The notes under the pieces: generated by a model
Databases searched by the model: none
The model's input: only the letters and a program-made list of their open reading frames with translations
Told to the model about the DNA's origin: nothing
Shown here: piece by piece, positions 59,276 through 64,000 of the stretch
How the letters are laid out: each line of letters starts with the position of its first letter
Numbering within the stretch: the first letter of the stretch is position 1
Made by a program: the position numbers and the translations under genes
NCBI GenBank assembly: GCA_947305865.1
Contig: CAMZEU010000001.1
Span: 1,607-65,606 of the forward strand
DNA: 64,000 nt
Reading direction: 5' to 3'
Source of the DNA: an uncultured Clostridia bacterium
Lineage (GTDB): Bacteria; Bacillota; Clostridia; Christensenellales; CAG-917

Positions 59276-59306
59276 ACACTTGATTTTACATCAGGTGTTT
59301 TTCTTT
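59276..59306 (+). terminator. intrinsic terminator after tRNA-Ile
   Basis: Stem ACACTTGA pairs with TCAGGTGT (one G-U pair), loop TTTTACA, then TTTTTCTTTT. Confidence 0.75.
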
Positions 59307-59373
59307 TATTTGCCCTTGATTTTTTATAACGAATGTGTCAAAATTGATACATAACACATAAGGAGAGACGACT

Positions 59374-60363
59374 ATGGCAGGCGAGAAAAAAATGGCAATA
59401 GTAGTAATACTTAAAATACTTCAAGATGAAACCGATGAAAATAATCCTCTTAATCAAAGCGAAATTAAAAAAATACTTTCTGAAGATTATGGTATTGATT
59501 ATGCAAGAAAAGCTATTGGAGATAGTGTCAAATTATTAATTGGTTTAGGATACCCTATTTGCCACACTAGACAAGAAGGCTATTACATGAATAAAAAAGT
59601 TTTTACAGATCCCGAATCAAATGTTTTAATAGATGCTATTCTTGCAAGTAAGTGTATTTCCACCACAAATACAAAGAAATTAATTGATAAAATAGTAGGC
59701 TTGGCTGGGAAAAACTTTAAAACAAATGCAAAGAGAGTATTACTCGCTAACGATTGGGATAAAACAGAAAATGACGATTTATTCAAGAATGTAAATAACC
59801 TTGCTATTGCAATCGAAAAGGGCAGACAAGTTGAATTTGATTATTATAAATATCAAAAGAATAAGAAACTTGATAAGACTAGCCACCAAGTAGTATCTCC
59901 ATATCAATTGGTTATGCATAACCAAAGATATTATTTAATGTGTCATGACGACAGACACACAGGAATTGCTTATTTCAGAGTAGATAGAATGAAAGAAATA
60001 AGAATTAATACTGATATAAAAGCAACAGATATACGATCTGTTCAAGGATATAAGGCAGGAATAGACTTCAAAAAATTCTCTAGATGTTTACCTTATATGT
60101 TTGCAGATTATCCAGAAACAATAATATTTAAAGCAGAGAATTGGGCAATAGACCAAGTTATTGAGTGGTTTGGTAAAGATATCAATATAGAAGACATTCC
60201 TGGAGACGATAAACATGTACAAGTTACAGTAACAGTTAGTCCAAATGCAATGGAGTACTGGGTACTTCAATTCTCAAAAGGTGTAGAAGTTATATATCCT
60301 AATGAGTTTAAGGAAAGAATTATTAACGACATCAAAGAGATGGCCAAAAAGTACGGTATTTAA
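59374..60363 (+). CDS. wHTH-WYL-WCX transcriptional regulator (BrxR/CapW/PafBC-like architecture)
   Basis: AAGGAG RBS. N-terminal winged-HTH-like segment. WYL core VSPYQLVMHNQRYYLMCHDD...AYFRVDRMKEIRI. C-terminal WCX-like segment. Confidence 0.75.
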   Translation: MAGEKKMAIVVILKILQDETDENNPLNQSEIKKILSEDYGIDYARKAIGDSVKLLIGLGYPICHTRQEGYYMNKKVFTDPESNVLIDAILASKCISTTNTKKLIDKIVGLAGKNFKTNAKRVLLANDWDKTENDDLFKNVNNLAIAIEKGRQVEFDYYKYQKNKKLDKTSHQVVSPYQLVMHNQRYYLMCHDDRHTGIAYFRVDRMKEIRINTDIKATDIRSVQGYKAGIDFKKFSRCLPYMFADYPETIIFKAENWAIDQVIEWFGKDINIEDIPGDDKHVQVTVTVSPNAMEYWVLQFSKGVEVIYPNEFKERIINDIKEMAKKYGI

Positions 60364-60467
60364 GCAAATAATACCCTTTTAATGAATTAAACACTATGTC
60401 AACTTTTGAAATGGTTCGGCATAGTGTTATAATATTATGTACAAAACATAAGCGAGGAGGTATTTAT

Positions 60468-61475
60468 ATGAATAAGAAAATTATTTCACTTTGTTTGTGT
60501 ATATGTATTGTATTGATTATGTGTGCAGCTCTTGTTGGATGCAACAACAAGTATATTAAAACATACTCCGTAACATATGATTTAAACGGAGGATCTTGGA
60601 CAGATGCATTTAAAGAATCCAAGAGCATGCAATCCAATAACCTAATTTCTATTATTAATGCTCTATATTATGAAGGAGCAACAAACTCATTGCCAAAGTA
60701 TGGAGATATTAATCCACCATCCGGAAAGATATTTGCAGGCTGGTATATAGATAAAGAGTTTAAAAAGCCATGGACAAAAGCAAATTTTGATGCTTATATG
60801 GAAGAATTCCCAGATACAACAACTGTAAGAGTTCATGCAAAATGGATCAATGCTGGTTCGCTGGATGTTGTTTACTATGTAAACAATAAAAACTCTTCTT
60901 TCACAAGCGATGGTTTATATTGTAAAGTAGTTAATTCTTCTCATTCTATAACAGCAGACCAAGTTTTATCTTCAGCACCATCTGTTTCTCAAATGACACC
61001 TATAGATGGTTATGAATTTAAAGGATGGACAGAATCTCCAGAAGCACTTCAAACTCAATTAGATGGTATTGAAGCCAATAACGGACAAATTATTCTTAAT
61101 GCAAAATGGAAACAAATACCTATGGTAATTCTATCTTATGACTGTGTATCTTGCTTGGATGAAAATGGTCAGTTCAAAACAATAGAGAATTGTCCAGTAT
61201 GGTTTAATGGAACAAATTATAATTCTCCAAAGATTAGAAGAGATTTAATAACAGCAGAAACTTTGACACAAGCAACAACAGAGTTTGAATCATATTTGGA
61301 ACTTAACGAAGGGTATACATCATATACTATATCTAAATGGATGATAGCAGAATATGATATGAATGCAAGTAAGTATGTATTGAAAGAATACACAGTATCC
61401 AACATAGTTGAATACTTGGAAGGCTACGATTATCTATCAGAGTGGGTATTTACACTTCTTCCAATATATGAATAA
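60468..61475 (+). CDS. lipoprotein with Listeria-Bacteroides repeat domains
   Basis: AGGAGG RBS and MNKK start (24 codons inside the track ORF). Lipobox LVGCNNK. FAGWYIDKEF...HAKW and GYEFKGWTE...NAKW repeats. Confidence 0.7.
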   Translation: MNKKIISLCLCICIVLIMCAALVGCNNKYIKTYSVTYDLNGGSWTDAFKESKSMQSNNLISIINALYYEGATNSLPKYGDINPPSGKIFAGWYIDKEFKKPWTKANFDAYMEEFPDTTTVRVHAKWINAGSLDVVYYVNNKNSSFTSDGLYCKVVNSSHSITADQVLSSAPSVSQMTPIDGYEFKGWTESPEALQTQLDGIEANNGQIILNAKWKQIPMVILSYDCVSCLDENGQFKTIENCPVWFNGTNYNSPKIRRDLITAETLTQATTEFESYLELNEGYTSYTISKWMIAEYDMNASKYVLKEYTVSNIVEYLEGYDYLSEWVFTLLPIYE

Positions 61476-61502
61476 AGGCTCTTTAAAAAGAAAGTCAAAT
61501 TG

Positions 61503-61520
61503 TGTATAATAAGTTATCAA
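61503..61520 (+). promoter_or_regulatory. extended -10 promoter with overlapping Fur/PerR-like dyad upstream of the rubredoxin-like/rubrerythrin genes
   Basis: TGTATAAT at 61503-61510. Imperfect 7-1-7 dyad ATAATAA-G-TTATCAA at 61506-61520. Confidence 0.3.
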
Positions 61521-61544
61521 ATAACAAAAAAGGAGAGAAAAATT

Positions 61545-61652
61545 ATGACATTTATTTGCAATATTTGTGGTGTTGAATTTGAAGCAGACGATCAAGAATC
61601 CGCAATCTGCCCAGTATGTGGAGCAAGCGGTGACGATGTACAACCAGCATAA
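61545..61652 (+). CDS. rubredoxin-like CxxC...CxxC mini-protein (35 aa; below ORF-track cutoff)
   Basis: Own translation [47 protein letters not shown]. Ends 11 nt before the rubrerythrin gene. Confidence 0.6.
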   Translation: MTFICNICGVEFEADDQESAICPVCGASGDDVQPA

Positions 61653-61663
61653 GGAGATGTATT

Positions 61664-62203
61664 ATGGGTAACAAATACGAAGGAACTCAAACAGAGAAGA
61701 ACCTCCAAGCAGCATTTGCTGGAGAATCTCAAGCAAGAAACAAATACACATATTTTGCTTCTAAAGCAAAAAAAGAAGGATATGAACAAATAGCAGCATT
61801 ATTCCTTAAGACTGCAGACAATGAGAAAGAACACGCAAAACTCTGGTTCAAAGAATTAAATGGAATTGGAGATACAGCAGAGAACTTAAAAGCAGCAGCA
61901 GATGGTGAAAACTTCGAATGGACAGATATGTACGAAGAATTTGCTAAGACAGCTGAAGCAGAAGGATTCCCAGAACTCGCAGCAAAGTTTAGAGGTGTTG
62001 CAGCTATTGAAAAGAACCACGAGGAAAGATATCGTGCACTCTTAAGCAATGTGGAAGCACAAGAAGTATTTAAGAAGAGCGAAATCAAAGTGTGGGAATG
62101 CAGAAACTGTGGCCATATCGTAGTTGGACCAGAAGCTCCAGAAGTATGCCCAGTATGTAACCATCCTCAAGCATATTTTGAAGTTGAAGCAAAGAATTAT
62201 TAA
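61664..62203 (+). CDS. rbr: rubrerythrin
   Basis: Diiron four-helix motifs ([32 protein letters not shown]) plus a C-terminal rubredoxin CxxC...CxxC (CRNCG, CPVCN). Confidence 0.92.
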   Translation: MGNKYEGTQTEKNLQAAFAGESQARNKYTYFASKAKKEGYEQIAALFLKTADNEKEHAKLWFKELNGIGDTAENLKAAADGENFEWTDMYEEFAKTAEAEGFPELAAKFRGVAAIEKNHEERYRALLSNVEAQEVFKKSEIKVWECRNCGHIVVGPEAPEVCPVCNHPQAYFEVEAKNY

Positions 62204-62281
62204 TATTTAGAATATTAAGCACATTATTGCCTGCACTTAATGTGTGGGCAATTTTAGCTTGATTAAATAGGAGATATTGAA

Positions 62282-63106
62282 GTGATTATAAGGGTATACG
62301 GCAAAGTAAACCTAGCATTAAATGTTACAGGCAAGATGCAAGGACTCCATACATTAGATATGGTGGAGACCAATATTTCCTTATATGATGAAATTGAAGT
62401 CAAGAAATCTCAAGAGAGCCACATAGAATTCATATTTGGGGATAACTTTGTACAAGAAGTTAATGATGATTACTATGTAAAACTCTGCCAAGCAATATCT
62501 TCTTTTTATGCTAAATACGGCAAAGAAACTGTTTCCATTAAGATTAAAAAAGGCATACCATTTGGTGCCGGATTGGGTGGTGGTAGTGCTCCTATAGTTG
62601 GAATAATTAAAGCATTAGCTTTAATGAAAGGTGTGGAGCCAGATAAATGGTTCTTATTGTCTCTTGGCAGTGATGTTCCATATATGTATGAAGGTGGTCT
62701 ATGTAGGGTAAGCAGTCTAGGACAAGTCGTAGAGCATCTTGAATACAAGCCTATGAAATTATTGCTAGCAATTCCAGAAAGCGTTATAGACACCAAAGAG
62801 TGCTTTACAATGTATGATAAAATCAACATTGAACATATCATAAAGACTAGAGAGATTGAATCTATTATTGAAGACATAACAGGTGCAAGTTTATTCAATG
62901 ATCTCGAAAGTGCAGCATTTATGCTGAATGAAGAAATTGAGAATACAATGTTAGAATTACGAAATAATGGTTTCGAACCACACATGAGTGGTAGTGGTAG
63001 TGCAGTATTCTCCATAATAGAACCAGAGACAGAAGTAGACGAAGAACTTTATATTTCATGCGAGACTGTTGAAAGCGGTATAAAAATTATTGATAAAAAT
63101 TTTTAA
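62282..63106 (+). CDS. ispE: 4-(cytidine 5'-diphospho)-2-C-methyl-D-erythritol kinase
   Basis: GTG start. YGKVNLALNVTGK N-terminus; GHMP motif IPFGAGLGGGSA; SGSGSAVF. Confidence 0.85.
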   Translation: MIIRVYGKVNLALNVTGKMQGLHTLDMVETNISLYDEIEVKKSQESHIEFIFGDNFVQEVNDDYYVKLCQAISSFYAKYGKETVSIKIKKGIPFGAGLGGGSAPIVGIIKALALMKGVEPDKWFLLSLGSDVPYMYEGGLCRVSSLGQVVEHLEYKPMKLLLAIPESVIDTKECFTMYDKINIEHIIKTREIESIIEDITGASLFNDLESAAFMLNEEIENTMLELRNNGFEPHMSGSGSAVFSIIEPETEVDEELYISCETVESGIKIIDKNF

Positions 63107-63295
63107 GATTTCCAAACACAACATATTGATAAAAGCGCAGTTTTCTTCCACAATTTGTGGAAATTTTTGTTAATTTTTAACAAATTTTATTAATTTAACA
63201 AATTTCAAAAAGCATTTTTGTCAATTTTCGGTATTGAGTATTATATATAACTTTGTTATAATAATAAAACCAAGTTAAAGGAGAAACTTGAATTA

Positions 63296-64000
63296 ATGGC
63301 TATATTAGATAGTTATGCTACATATCTTTTTCACGAAGGAACTAACTACCAAGCATACAAATTACTATCCCCAAGTCGCTGTTTTGAAAATGGTGTAGAG
63401 GGATGGTCTTTTAAATGTTGGGCACCTAATGCAAAGAGTGTTTCTGTGGTTGGAGATTTTAATCAATGGCAAGCAGGACTCAATCCAATGGATAGGAATG
63501 CAGATGGCATTTGGACATGTTTCATTCCAGGATTAAAACAATATGATACGTATAAGTATGCTGTAGAAACATCTGCAGGTAAAACAGTCTTAAAATGTGA
63601 TCCATTTGGATTACACTTTGAAACAGCTCCAGCAAATGCATCCAAGCTATATGATATTACAGGTTACAGATGGAAAGATAAGAAGTGGATGACAGAACGT
63701 CAAAACTTTGTTCCATATGGTGAACCAATTAATATCTATGAAATGCACTTTGGAAGCTGGAAGAAATACAAAGACGGTAATTTCTTAAATTACGAGGCTA
63801 TGGCAGATGAACTTATTCCATATGTAAAGAAGATGGGATATACGCACATAGAATTAATGCCAATGACCGAGTTCCCATTTGAAGGAAGTTGGGGATATCA
63901 AGTAACAGGGTTATATGCACCAACATCTAGATATGGAACACCAAAGGGATTTATGGAATTTATAGATAGATGCCATAGAGCAGGAATTGGTGTTATTTTA
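63296..64000 (+). CDS. glgB: 1,4-alpha-glucan branching enzyme, N-terminal part (runs off window end)
   Basis: Own translation MAILDSYATYLFHEGTNYQAYKLL...WAPNAKSVSVVGDFNQW...YEMHFGSW...GYTHIELMP...SWGYQVTG. AAAGGAG RBS. Confidence 0.88.
   Translation, partial: MAILDSYATYLFHEGTNYQAYKLLSPSRCFENGVEGWSFKCWAPNAKSVSVVGDFNQWQAGLNPMDRNADGIWTCFIPGLKQYDTYKYAVETSAGKTVLKCDPFGLHFETAPANASKLYDITGYRWKDKKWMTERQNFVPYGEPINIYEMHFGSWKKYKDGNFLNYEAMADELIPYVKKMGYTHIELMPMTEFPFEGSWGYQVTGLYAPTSRYGTPKGFMEFIDRCHRAGIGVIL

Noticed and set aside
50035-60363. Interpretation of the 50-60 kb block as an integrated mobile element at tRNA-Ile
   Set aside because: There is no integrase, recombinase, transposase or phage gene, and no visible direct repeat of the tRNA 3' end. 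Accessory character remains an inference from gene content only.

Overview
Low-GC, standard-code (TGA is a stop) Bacillota-like chromosome segment covering a rearranged replication-origin neighbourhood. The left ~29 kb is almost entirely minus-strand housekeeping: aspS-asnA-asnS, mnmG-mnmE-jag-yidC-yidD-rnpA-rpmH, argS, ychF, a GH13 glucosidase and gyrA-gyrB. Next is an 837-bp non-coding spacer with two perfect DnaA boxes, two parS-type sites, phased T-tracts and CTAGAAAA repeats. To its right the genes are mostly plus-strand: rsmG, an orphan parB, dnaA (inverted and detached from dnaN), rluA-family, recF, bioY, dnaN, greA-lysS and gltX. Accessory content includes several CNK-lipobox lipoproteins and a 1531-aa lipoprotein combining Listeria-Bacteroides repeats, at least 14 Cys3-His repeats and a transglutaminase-like core. 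The most interesting locus is 52.3-59.1 kb. It is a tightly coupled six-gene operon: coiled-coil protein, Hanks-type kinase with Zn-ribbon and FHA-like tail, vWA protein, PP2C phosphatase, a 996-aa RecQ-core helicase with unassigned N- and C-terminal domains, and a tail-anchored coiled-coil protein. In effect it is a TerY-P-like phospho-signalling triad joined to a helicase. It ends at a stand-alone tRNA-Ile(GAU), which is followed by a wHTH-WYL regulator. Genes found beyond the ORF track are rpmH, a 35-aa rubredoxin-like ORF, tRNA-Ile, and partial CDSs at both window edges. No CRISPR array, IS element, integrase, rRNA or T-box leader was seen. All calls rest on reading motifs by eye; no database search was run.
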